This document shows, in pieces, positions 43,442 to 52,449 of a stretch of 64,000 bases of DNA (positions are counted from its first letter, which is position 1; each line of letters starts with the position of its first letter). The stretch comes from Candidatus Aminicenantes bacterium (GTDB lineage: Bacteria; Acidobacteriota; Aminicenantia; UBA2199): NCBI GenBank assembly GCA_963822075.1, contig CAWGGP010000009.1, forward strand, positions 72,507-136,506, given 5' to 3'. The notes under the pieces are model-generated. The model did not search any database. It was not told the DNA's origin and worked only from the letters and a program-made list of their open reading frames with translations. The translations under genes were made by a program, and so were the position numbers.

Positions 43442-45277
43442 ATGAATTTCACTTTGAGACAAAAAATATTCGTTGTGTTCGCCATGCTTTTGCTGATCGC
43501 GGCCCTGATCTCCCTGCAGAGCATCCGGCGCTTCAACCAGCTGGGCCGATCAATCGACGTGATCCTGAAGGAAAACTATCGCAGCGTCATCGCCTGCCAG
43601 CAGATGAAGGAAGCCCTGGAACGGATGGACAGCGGGCTGCTTTTCATTCTCTCGGGCTTCGCCAAGGAAGGGATCGGCCAGATCGCAGCCAACCAAGGAC
43701 GTTTCCAGGAGGCCCTGGGAACGGAATTGCACAACCTGACCCTGCCCGAGGAATCGGCCCGGGCTTTTGAATTGCGATCCCTTTTCGGACTTTATCGCCG
43801 CGGGGTCGAGGATTTCCTGAAAAGCCCTGCGCAAGACTCTTCACGGGTCTATTTTGAGCGACTGTTCCCACTTTTCAAGGAAATCAAGGGCAAGGCCGAA
43901 TCCATCCTGCAGCTGAACCAAAACAACATGAATGCGGCCAATGACCGCGCCAGGCGCAAGGCGGCCCAGGCCCGCCGCGACATGTATCTATTCCTGGTCT
44001 TCTCCGCTTGCATCGCCCTGCTGTTCATGGTTTTCAGCAACCATTGGATCCTGAAGCCCATCCAGCGCCTGATCGCCTCCACCCGGGAGATCCGCAAGGG
44101 GAATTTGAACCTGGTGATCCAGGTGGATACCCGAGACGAGATCGGCCAGCTTTCCGAAGCCTTCAATGACATGGTGGCCAGCCTGCGCCTTTTCCGCCAT
44201 TCCGACCAGGCGAAACTCGTGCGCATCCAGAGTTCCACGCAGGAGGCGTTCAAAAACCTGCCGACGGCCATCGCCATCGTCGCCGCCGACGGCGTGATCG
44301 AGCTCGCCACGGCGTCGGCGCGCAGCGATTTCGGGCTGGCGCCCAATACCTCGATCGAGCAGTCACCTTATCCCTGGCTGGCGAATATCCAGCGCCGGAT
44401 CTTGAAAAATCCCGCCGGGCCCGCCCTCGAGAATAAACATGAAATCATCCAGAAATTCAGCTCCAACCAGGAGCGATTCTACGAGCTGCGGGTCATCCCC
44501 ATCTTCGCTGACAAAAAAGAGTTCAGCGGCTCGATCATCATCCTGGAGGACGTCACCCAGTTGCTGCAGAACGATGAGATCAAGAAGGACCTGTTTTCCA
44601 CGATCTCGCACCAATTGAAAACACCCCTGACCTCCATCCGCATGGCGCTGCACCTGCTGCTCGAGGAAAATGTCGGCAGCGTGAACGAAAAGCAGGCCGA
44701 TCTCCTCGTCTCGGCGCGCGACGAGAGCGACCGGCTCAATGCCATCATCGAGGACCTCCTCGATATCCGGCGCTTGGAAGGGGGAAGCGTCAGGCTGGAA
44801 CTGGCCGCGGTTTCACCCTACCAGCTGGCGCGGGACGCCGCCGGCCCGTTTTCCCGCCAGGCCCGGGAAAAGGGCATCCGCCTGGAGATCGACCTGCCGG
44901 CCGACTTGCCCGACGTACGCGCCGACCGTGCACGCATATTGTACGTGTTCGCCAACCTGATCGCCAATGCCATCAAGTACTCCCCGGTCGGCGGCGTGGT
45001 GCGGCTGACGGCAAAAATGGAAGGGGACAAGATCCTGTTCTCGATCGCGGACAACGGCCGCGGCATTCCCCAGCAATACCAAAAACGGATCTTCGAGAAG
45101 TTCTTCAGGGTGCCGGGGCAGAATGCGGACGCCGGGGTCGGCTTGGGACTGAGCATCGCCAAGGAGATCGTCACGGCCCATGGGGGCCAGATCACGTTCG
45201 CGAGCGTCGAAGGCCAGGGCGCGACGTTCACCTTCAGCCTGGGACCAGGGGAGATCCCGGCAAAAGGAGGTTCATGA
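43442..45277 (+). CDS. sensor histidine kinase (N-terminal four-helix-bundle sensor between two TMs, HAMP, HisKA, HATPase_c)
   Basis: This is ORF 43421..45277. It begins MNFTLRQKIFVVFAMLLLIAALISL. It has a HAMP domain (..IRKGNLNLVIQVDTRDEIGQLSEAFNDM..), the H-box FSTISHQLKTPLTSI, and ..IADNGRGIP..GVGLGLSIAKE... ATG 43442 is preferred because TTG 43421 abuts the -12 promoter element (43418-43420) and would lie upstream of the predicted TSS (~43431). Confidence 0.85.
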   Translation: MNFTLRQKIFVVFAMLLLIAALISLQSIRRFNQLGRSIDVILKENYRSVIACQQMKEALERMDSGLLFILSGFAKEGIGQIAANQGRFQEALGTELHNLTLPEESARAFELRSLFGLYRRGVEDFLKSPAQDSSRVYFERLFPLFKEIKGKAESILQLNQNNMNAANDRARRKAAQARRDMYLFLVFSACIALLFMVFSNHWILKPIQRLIASTREIRKGNLNLVIQVDTRDEIGQLSEAFNDMVASLRLFRHSDQAKLVRIQSSTQEAFKNLPTAIAIVAADGVIELATASARSDFGLAPNTSIEQSPYPWLANIQRRILKNPAGPALENKHEIIQKFSSNQERFYELRVIPIFADKKEFSGSIIILEDVTQLLQNDEIKKDLFSTISHQLKTPLTSIRMALHLLLEENVGSVNEKQADLLVSARDESDRLNAIIEDLLDIRRLEGGSVRLELAAVSPYQLARDAAGPFSRQAREKGIRLEIDLPADLPDVRADRARILYVFANLIANAIKYSPVGGVVRLTAKMEGDKILFSIADNGRGIPQQYQKRIFEKFFRVPGQNADAGVGLGLSIAKEIVTAHGGQITFASVEGQGATFTFSLGPGEIPAKGGS

Positions 45278-45366
45278 TGCCGGACGTGATCCATGTCTTT
45301 TTGATGGCGGGATTCCTGTTCCTCTGCCTGCGCTTGGGAAAATTCCTTGAGAAGGTCGCGAAATGA
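45274..45366 (+). CDS. 30-codon hydrophobic peptide ORF between the kinase gene and kdpF (unassigned)
   Basis: It is below the ORF-track size cut-off. AAGGAGG (45264-45270) precedes ATGATG at 45274. My translation is MMPDVIHVFLMAGFLFLCLRLGKFLEKVAK. The start overlaps the kinase stop (ATGA) and the stop overlaps the kdpF start (ATGATG). Confidence 0.4.
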   Translation: MMPDVIHVFLMAGFLFLCLRLGKFLEKVAK

Positions 45367-45446
45367 TGGAAATCATCACCGGCATCGTCGCCCTGGCATT
45401 GATCGTCTACCTTTTCTTTTCCATAATCAAGCCGGAGAAATTTTAA
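45363..45446 (+). CDS. kdpF: K+-transporting ATPase subunit F
   Basis: My translation is MMEIITGIVALALIVYLFFSIIKPEKF (27 aa). It is a single TM helix with the KdpF-like ..Y(L/V)..(A/S)(L/I)(I/L)(K/R)PE.F ending, located 13 nt before kdpA. Confidence 0.75.
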   Translation: MMEIITGIVALALIVYLFFSIIKPEKF

Positions 45447-45459
45447 ACAAGGGGAACCC

Positions 45460-47190
45460 ATGGAAACAGCCAGCTGGATCCAACTGCTTTTGTTCGTCGG
45501 CCTGCTCCTGTTGCTGACCCGGCCGCTGGGCGCCTACCTTTATCGGGTCCTGGAGTCCAGGCAAAAAACGTTTTTTTCGCCTGTTATAGGCGGCTGCGAA
45601 AAATGGCTGCTCAAGGCCCTTGGCCGGGGAAGCGAAAAAGAGCAGAGCTGGAAGCAATACGGGGCGGCGCTGGCTTGTTTCAGCCTGGCCGGCATGCTGC
45701 TGACCTATTTCATCCTGCGCCTGCAGCACTTCCTGCCTTTGAATCCCCAGCATCTTCGCCGGCTTGATCCGTCCCTGGCCTTCAACACCGCGGCCAGCTT
45801 CGCCAGCAACACCAACTGGCAGAATTATGCCGGCGAAAGCACGATGTCCCATTTTTCGCAGATGGTCGGGCTGACGTTTCAGAATTTCGTCTCGGCCGCC
45901 GCCGGGATCGCGGTCGCCGCCGCCCTGGTGCGGGGGATCGTCAGGAAAACCGCCCGCACGATCGGCAATTTCTGGGTCGACCTCGTCCGCGTCACCCTGC
46001 ACGTCCTTTTGCCCGTTGTCGTTCCTCCTGGCTCTCTTTTTCATCTCCCAGGGCGTGATCCAGAATTTCCGGCCGGATGCCAGCGCGTCCTGCCTGGAAA
46101 CATCCGCGAGCCGGGGGCGTGTCCAGCGCATCCCCCAGGGGCCCGTTGCCTCCCAGGAGGCGATCAAGGTCCTGGGCACCAACGGCGGGGGCTTTTTCAA
46201 CGCCAATTCGGCCCACCCTTTCGAAAACCCGACCCCGTTGAGCAATTTTGTCCAGATGCTGGCCATCCTCGCTGATCCCCTCCGCCTTGACCCGCTACCT
46301 GGGCCTGATGGCCGGGAACAAGAAGCACGGCTGGGCGGTCTGGAGCGCCATGGCCCTCCTTTTCATGGCCAGCCTGCTGGTCTGCTGGAGAGCCGAAAGC
46401 GGGGGGAATCCCCGGGTGCAAGCCCTGGCCGCGGTTGCGGGCGGCAACATGGAAGGCAAGGAGGTCCGCTTCGGGGTTTTCAATTCGGCCTTGTACGCCA
46501 CGGTCACGACCTCGGCCTCCTGCGGCGCCGTCAATGCCATGCATGACTCGTTCACCCCGCTGGGGGGGCTGATGCCCATGCTCAACATCCAGCTCGGCGA
46601 GGTCGTATTCGGCGGCGTCGGATCGGGCCTTTACGGCATGCTGGTCTTCGTCATCCTGGCCGTGTTCATCGCCGGCCTGATGGTCGGCCGCACCCCGGAA
46701 TACCTCGGCAAGAAGATCGAGGCCGCCGAAGTCAAGCTCTGCGCTTTCTATGTCCTGGTCTCGGCCATCATCATCCTCGCTCCGGCCGCCTGGGCGGCGG
46801 TCGGCCGCTGGGGGGCGGCGGCGCTGGGCAACCATGGCCCGCACGGCTTGAGCGAGATCCTCTACGCCTTCTCCTCGACCGCCGGCAACAACGGCAGCGC
46901 GTTTGCCGGCTTCGCGGCCGCCTCGACCCTGGCCAACATCCTGCTCGGCCTGGTCATGCTGGCCGGCCGTTTTCTCCTTTTCGTCCCGGTCCTGGCCCTG
47001 GCCGGGAACCTGGCCGCGAAAAAAGTCGATCCCGGCCGGCAGCGGCAGTTTCCCGGTCCACGGCTTGACGTTCATCGCGCTGCTGGTGGCCACGATCATC
47101 ATCGTCGGCCTGCTGACGTTTTTTCCCGCCCTGGCCTTGGGACCGGTCGCCGAACAATTCATCATGGCCCGCTCCACCAAGCTGTTTTAG
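45460..47190 (+). CDS. kdpA: K+-transporting ATPase subunit A; frameshifted as assembled
   Basis: The fragments are ORFs 45460..46275, 46016..46546, 46248..47579 and 46903..47190. Conserved segments include ..[21 protein letters not shown].., ..[37 protein letters not shown].., ..[12 protein letters not shown].., ..[23 protein letters not shown]... There are at least three indels. Confidence 0.9.
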
Positions 47191-47201
47191 GAGGCTTGCC
47201 A

Positions 47202-49223
47202 ATGAGAAATGCCGCGACGTCCATTTTCCAGAAAGACATTCTCAAGCAGGCCGCCTTGGATGCGCTCAAGAAACTCGATCCCCGTTCCCTCGCCAGGAAC
47301 CCGGTCATGTTCGTTACCGAGTGCTGCGCGTTGCTGACCACGGTCGCCATTTTTCAAAAAAACCGGGGCGAACCGCTGGGATTCACGATTCAGATCTCGT
47401 TTTGGCTGTGGTTCACCGTGCTGTTCGCCAATTTCGCCGAGGCCGTCGCCGAAGGCCGCGGCAAAGCCCAGGCCAACTCCCTGCGCCAGACAAGGTCCCA
47501 TACCCTGGCCAATCGCCTGCAAGCGGCCAAGACCTGCCGTCTCGCGCCGGCGGAAAGCCTGCGAAAAACGACCTGGTAGCGGTCAGCGCCGGCGAGACCA
47601 TCCCGGCGGACGGCGAAGTGGTCTCGGGCATCGCCACCGTCGACGAATCGGCGATCACCGGGGAATCGGCGCCGGTCATCCGCGAATCCGGGGGCGACCG
47701 CAGCGCCGTGACCGGCGGCACCCGCGTGCTTTCCGACCGGATCATCGTCCGCGTCACCGCCGATCCCGGCGAAAGCTTCCTGGACCGCATGATCGGCCTG
47801 ATCGAGGGGGCGAACCGCCAGAAGACCCCGAACGAGATCGCCCTGACCATCCTGTTGTCCGCGCTCAGCGTGATTTTCCTGGTGGCGATCTGCACCCTGA
47901 AATTTTTCGGGATCTACTCCGGGGTGTCGTTCAGCGTCACCGTGCTGGTGTCGCTGCTGGTCTGTCTCCTGCCGACGACCATCGGCGGCCTGCTGAGCGC
48001 CATCGGCATCGCCGGCATCGACCGCCTGGTGCAGAAGAACGTCCTGGCCATGAGCGGCCGGGCGGTGGAGGCGGCGGGCGACATCGACGTGCTCCTGCTG
48101 GACAAGACCGGCACCATCACCCTGGGCGACCGCCAGGCGGTGCGCTTCATCCCGGCGCCGGGGGTCACCCTGGAAACCCTGGCCGACCTCGCCCAGTTGG
48201 CGTCCTTGGCCGACGAGACCCCGGAAGGGCGGAGCATCGTCATCCTGGCCAAAAAGCACGGCTTGCGCGGCCGCTCGATCGCGGAGATCCCCGACGCCAG
48301 GTTCGTCTCCTTTTCGGCGCAGACGCGGATGAGCGGCATCGACATCGGCCGGCACCGGTTCCGCAAGGGCTCGCCCGACGCCATCGCGGCATTCATCGCC
48401 GGCGCGTTCCCGGAAGAGATGAAGCGGGTCATCGAAGAGATCTCGCCGAGCGGGCGGCACGGCGCTGGCCGTCGCCGAGGAAACGGAGGCCCTGGGCGTC
48501 ATCCATCTCAAGGATATCGTCAAGGGCGGGCTCAAGGACCGTTTCACCCGGCTGCGGGCCATGGGCATCCGCACCGTCATGATCACCGGCGACAACCGGC
48601 TCACCGCGGCCACGATCGCCCGGGAAGCGGGCGTGGACGATTTCCTGGCCGAAGCCCGCCCGGAAGACAAGATGGCGCTGATCCGCAAGGAGCAGCGGAA
48701 CGGCTACCTGGTGGCCATGACCGGCGACGGCACCAACGATGCGCCGGCGCTGGCCCAGGCGGACGTCGGGGTGGCGATGAACACGGGCACCCAGGCCGCC
48801 AAGGAGGCGGGCAACATGGTCGACCTGGACTCCAACCCGACCAAGCTCATTGAGATCATCGAGACCGGCAAGCAGATGCTGATGACGCGGGGCGCCCTGA
48901 CCACCTTCAGCATCGCCAACGACATCGCGAAATATTTCGCCATCCTGCCGGCCATGCTCATCGCCCTTTTTCCGGAGATCGCCCCGCTGAACGTCATGAA
49001 GCTGGGCTCGCCCCTCAGCGCCATTCTCAGCGCCGTGGTGTTCAACGCCCTGATCATCTTCCTGCTCATTCCCCTGGCCCTCAAGGGCGTCAAATTCAAG
49101 CCCATGAAGGCCATGGCCCTGCTGCGGCGCAATCTCGCGGTCTACGGGCTGGGCGGCCTCGCCGTTCCTTTCATCGGCATCAAGGCCATCGATATCGCGG
49201 TCAATTTTTTCCACCTTGCCTGA
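47202..49223 (+). CDS. kdpB: K+-transporting P-type ATPase subunit B; frameshifted as assembled
   Basis: ATG 47202 gives [38 protein letters not shown]. It also has ..[13 protein letters not shown].., the phosphorylation motif [12 protein letters not shown], ..MITGDN.. and ..[20 protein letters not shown]... Indels lie near 47560 and 48450. Confidence 0.92.
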
Positions 49224-49236
49224 GGAGAAGACGAAA

Positions 49237-49818
49237 ATGAAGACGCTGCTGAAAGAATGCGGCCGGGCGGTCCTGGCCGTCATCCTGCTGTCGTTCCTGC
49301 TCGGCGGGATCTATCCGCTGGCGGTCTGGGGCCTCGGCCAATTGCTTTTTCCGCAAAAAGCCAACGGTTCCCTCCTGCATGGGGAAAAGGGAATCATCGG
49401 CTCCGTCCTGATCGCCCAGCCTTTCAGCTCACCCGCCTATTTCCATCCCCGCCCCTCGGCGGTCGACTACTCATGCTCCCGCGCCGCTTCAGGCGGCAGC
49501 AACCTCGGCCCCTTGTCCGGAACGCTCCATGAACAGGAGAGGGCCCGGATATTGAATTACCGGGAGTTGAACGGGTTGCCCGCCGCCTTCCCGATCGCGG
49601 CGGATGCGATCAGCGCTTCCGCCAGCGGCCTGGACCCCCATATCAGCCCCGCCGACGCGAGCGCCCAGGCGGCCAGGGTCGCGCGGGCCAGGGGAATGGC
49701 AGAGGCGCAGGTCAGGCGCTTGATCCGGCGCCACCTGGAGGGCAGGCAACTGGGGATTTTCGGTGAAGAAAGGGTCAACGTGCTGCTGCTGAACCTGGCA
49801 TTGGACGGCCGGAAGTGA
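49237..49818 (+). CDS. kdpC: K+-transporting ATPase subunit C
   Basis: This is ORF 49216..49818. ATG 49237 follows GAGGAG and gives MKTLLKECGRAVLAVILLSFLLGGIYPLAVWGLGQLLFPQKANGSL... It also has ..SGGSNLGP.. and ..ASASGLDPHISP... Confidence 0.9.
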   Translation: MKTLLKECGRAVLAVILLSFLLGGIYPLAVWGLGQLLFPQKANGSLLHGEKGIIGSVLIAQPFSSPAYFHPRPSAVDYSCSRAASGGSNLGPLSGTLHEQERARILNYRELNGLPAAFPIAADAISASASGLDPHISPADASAQAARVARARGMAEAQVRRLIRRHLEGRQLGIFGEERVNVLLLNLALDGRK

Positions 49819-49837
49819 TACGCTGAGCATCGCGAAC

Positions 49838-51029
49838 ATGGACCAGGAAAAAGCGAACCAATTTCTGCATATGATCCAGCGCTCCGCCCGCGGCGGCTGA
49901 AGATCTACCTCGGCTATTGCGCCGGGGTCGGGAAGACCTACCGCATGCTCCAGGAAGGGCACGCGCTCAAGGCCGACGGGATCGACGTGGTGGTCGGCTA
50001 CGTCGAAACCCATGGCCGCGCCGACATCGCCAAGCTCCTGGAAGGGCTGGAGATCATTCCCCGGATGAGCCGGGAATACAAGGGAATGCAAGTCGAGGAA
50101 ATGGACGTGGACGCCGTGCTGGCCAGGAAAGCCGCCGTGGCGCTGATCGACGAGCTCGCCCACAACAATGTTCCGGAAAGCCGCAACGGCAAGCGCTACC
50201 AGGACGTCCAGGAAATCCTCGCCGCCGGCATCCACGTGATCACGACCTTGAACGTCCAGCACCTGGAAAGCCTCTATGACACGGTCGAAAAGCTCGTCAG
50301 GCGTCAAAGTGCGGGAAAGGCTTCCCGACTCGGTGCTCAGCCGAGGCCGACCAGATCGTCAATGTCGACCTGACTCCCGAGGACCTGAGAAAAAGGCTCC
50401 AGGAAGGCAAGATATACAAGGAGGACAAGATCCAGACCGCCTTGGAGAACTTTTTTTCCCAGGCCAATCTGGAAAACCTCAGGGAACTGACGCTGCGGGA
50501 GCTGGCCGCCCAGATCGACACCCACCGCAAGGAGCTGGATAACGAGGGCAGCACGGTCATGCCCGATCAGATCATGGTATGCCTGAGTTCGCGCGGCCCG
50601 AACAGCGATTTCTTGCTCCGCTATGCCTCGCGCTTCGCCGGCCGTTTGAACAAGAACTGGTATGCGCTGTATGTCCAGACGGCGGCGGAGGATCCCCTGC
50701 AGATCGATATCCAGACGCAGAACGCCCTGGCCCGCACCTTGACCCTGGCCAAGCAGCTGGGAGCCATCGTTTTCACCTACAAGGGCGAGGACCTGGCCAG
50801 CACGATCATCCGCTTTGCCCGGGAATACCACATCGGGCACATCATCATCGGGTCTCCCAGCCGGTTCTCCTTCTTCCAAAAAGTACGGTTCAAAAAGACC
50901 CTTGCGGAACGGTTGATCCAGGAAGCCGGGGGGATCAATATCGTCGTGGTGGATACCCATCCCCGGCACTCCGCCCCGCAAGGAGCGGAGCCGGAGACCG
51001 CGGCGCGCCGTCAGAAAAGATCGGCTTGA
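49838..51029 (+). CDS. kdpD: KdpD N-terminal sensor module only (KdpD P-loop domain + Usp domain; no TM or kinase part); frameshifted as assembled
   Basis: ATG 49838 is followed by ..RGRLKIYLGYCAGVGKTYRMLQEGHALKADGIDVVVGYVETHGR.., ..LDELAHNNVPESRNGKRYQDVQEILAAGIHVITTLNVQHLESL.. and ..DLTPEDLRKRLQEGKIY... The Usp-like part is ..IMVCLSSRGPNSDFLLRYASRFAGRLNKNWYALYVQT... The ORF stops at 51029 with no membrane or HisKA region following. Confidence 0.85.
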
Positions 51030-51479
51030 GCGACTTCCTCGCAGCGAACCATATCCTGATCTGGAAGAATGCGGCGATGAAAGAGGAAGTCCTGCGCGGA
51101 CCTGGCCCGGGCCGCGTATAGCGCCGAGCAGGATTATCAGGATATTTTCTCCCGTTTGCTGCAGAGGGAAAAAGAGAGCTCGACATTTTTCAACGAAGGA
51201 GTGGCGTTCCCGCACCTGCGGCTGGACGATGATTCCCCGCCCACCATCGCCCTGGGGATCATCCCCAAGGGCATCGCCGACATGGCCACGCTTGAGCCGA
51301 TCCGCCTGGTCTTTCTCATCGTGACTTCGCTGAGCCAGAGCGATGTCCAGGCAAAACTGCTGGCCGCCGCCAGCCGGATCGCCAGCAACAAACATCTGGT
51401 GGACATCCTGCTCGCCGCGAAAAACCCCGAAAAGGTCATCCGTGAAATAAGCCAGTGGACGGCCGCGAATTATTCGTGA
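51026..51479 (+). CDS. PTS EIIA type-2 (EIIA-Ntr/PtsN-like) domain protein; frameshifted as assembled
   Basis: TTG 51026 gives LSDFLAANHILIWKNAAMKEEVLR.. (the end of ORF 50579..51121). ORF 51156..51479 then gives ..LLQREKESSTFFNEGVAFPHLRLDDDSPPTIALGI..IRLVFLIV... GVAFPH is the EIIA-2 active-site His context. The junction is near 51095. Confidence 0.7.
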
Positions 51480-51599
51480 TGCCCGCCGGCCATGGGAAAA
51501 CGCGCAATGAACAATGATGTTTCAAGGGCATTGATTTTGGCTGGGGTTGCGGCTATGATCGCAGCAAGGGAAAATTTGGACTTGGCTTCAGGAGGGAAC

Positions 51600-52368
51600 A
51601 TGGTCGTGAAGAAAAAACTTTCGTTGGGATTGGGCTTTTTGTTTTTCATCATTTTTGTCCTGACCATCTTCTGTTCTTACTACATCGGGAAATTATCCCA
51701 GGAAGCCGGCAATATCCTGAAGGATAATTACAATTCCCTGGTTTATTCGAGGAATATGACTTCCGCGCTCGAGAATCTGCGGACTGCCGTCAGCAGCATT
51801 ATCTTCAACCAGACGGAGAACCGGAAAACGACCGATTATTTCTGGCAGCTTTTCGAAAAGGACAAGGCCGAGTTTGAAAAAAACCTGGCAGCGGAAGATC
51901 AAGAACATAACGGAGATCCATGAAAGCGTATATGTGGAGGCGATCCAAAAGGACTATGCCATATTTTTGCGACTCTGCACGCCAATCAAAACCGGGGCAG
52001 GGAACGCCGCCATGTACTTCAACGAATTCCAGCCCGCTTTCGAGCAGCTCAAGCGATCCATCGACAGCATCCATGACATCAATATGCAGGCGGTGGTGCG
52101 CAAAAGCCGCAAAACCCGCCAGGATGCGCAGAAGACGATCGACGCCATGGCCGGCATCGGCGTGTTTTGCCTGATCCTGGCGTTCGCTTATTTCTGGTAT
52201 TTTCCCTTGTATATTTCCAATTCGATCTCCTACCTGGCGGAAAAAATGAGGCAACTTTTGAAAAAATTGGGAATCACCATGGATAGCAAGGCCGAAGACG
52301 AATTCCATGTCATTTTGCAGTCGATCAACCTGATCGAAAACAAATTCAGCGGGAAAAACGAAACGTAA
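51600..52368 (+). CDS. membrane sensor protein: four-helix-bundle periplasmic domain + TM + HAMP-like tail, no output domain; frameshifted as assembled
   Basis: ATG 51600 follows GGAGGG and gives MVVKKKLSLGLGFLFFIIFVLTIFCSYYIGKLSQEAGNILKDNYNSLVYSRNMTSALE... This resembles the N-terminus of the kinase at 43442 (..LGRSIDVILKENYRSVIACQQMKEALE..). It continues in ORF 51874..52368 (second TM, ISNSISYLAEKMRQL..). The junction is near 51880-51900. Confidence 0.6.
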
Positions 52369-52449
52369 GATCCGCCCGGGACGAAATTGATCCCGCCAAT
52401 CGAAAAACCGGTCCCTGGAACAGCCGGCTGAACGGCGGCAGCGTCCTTT

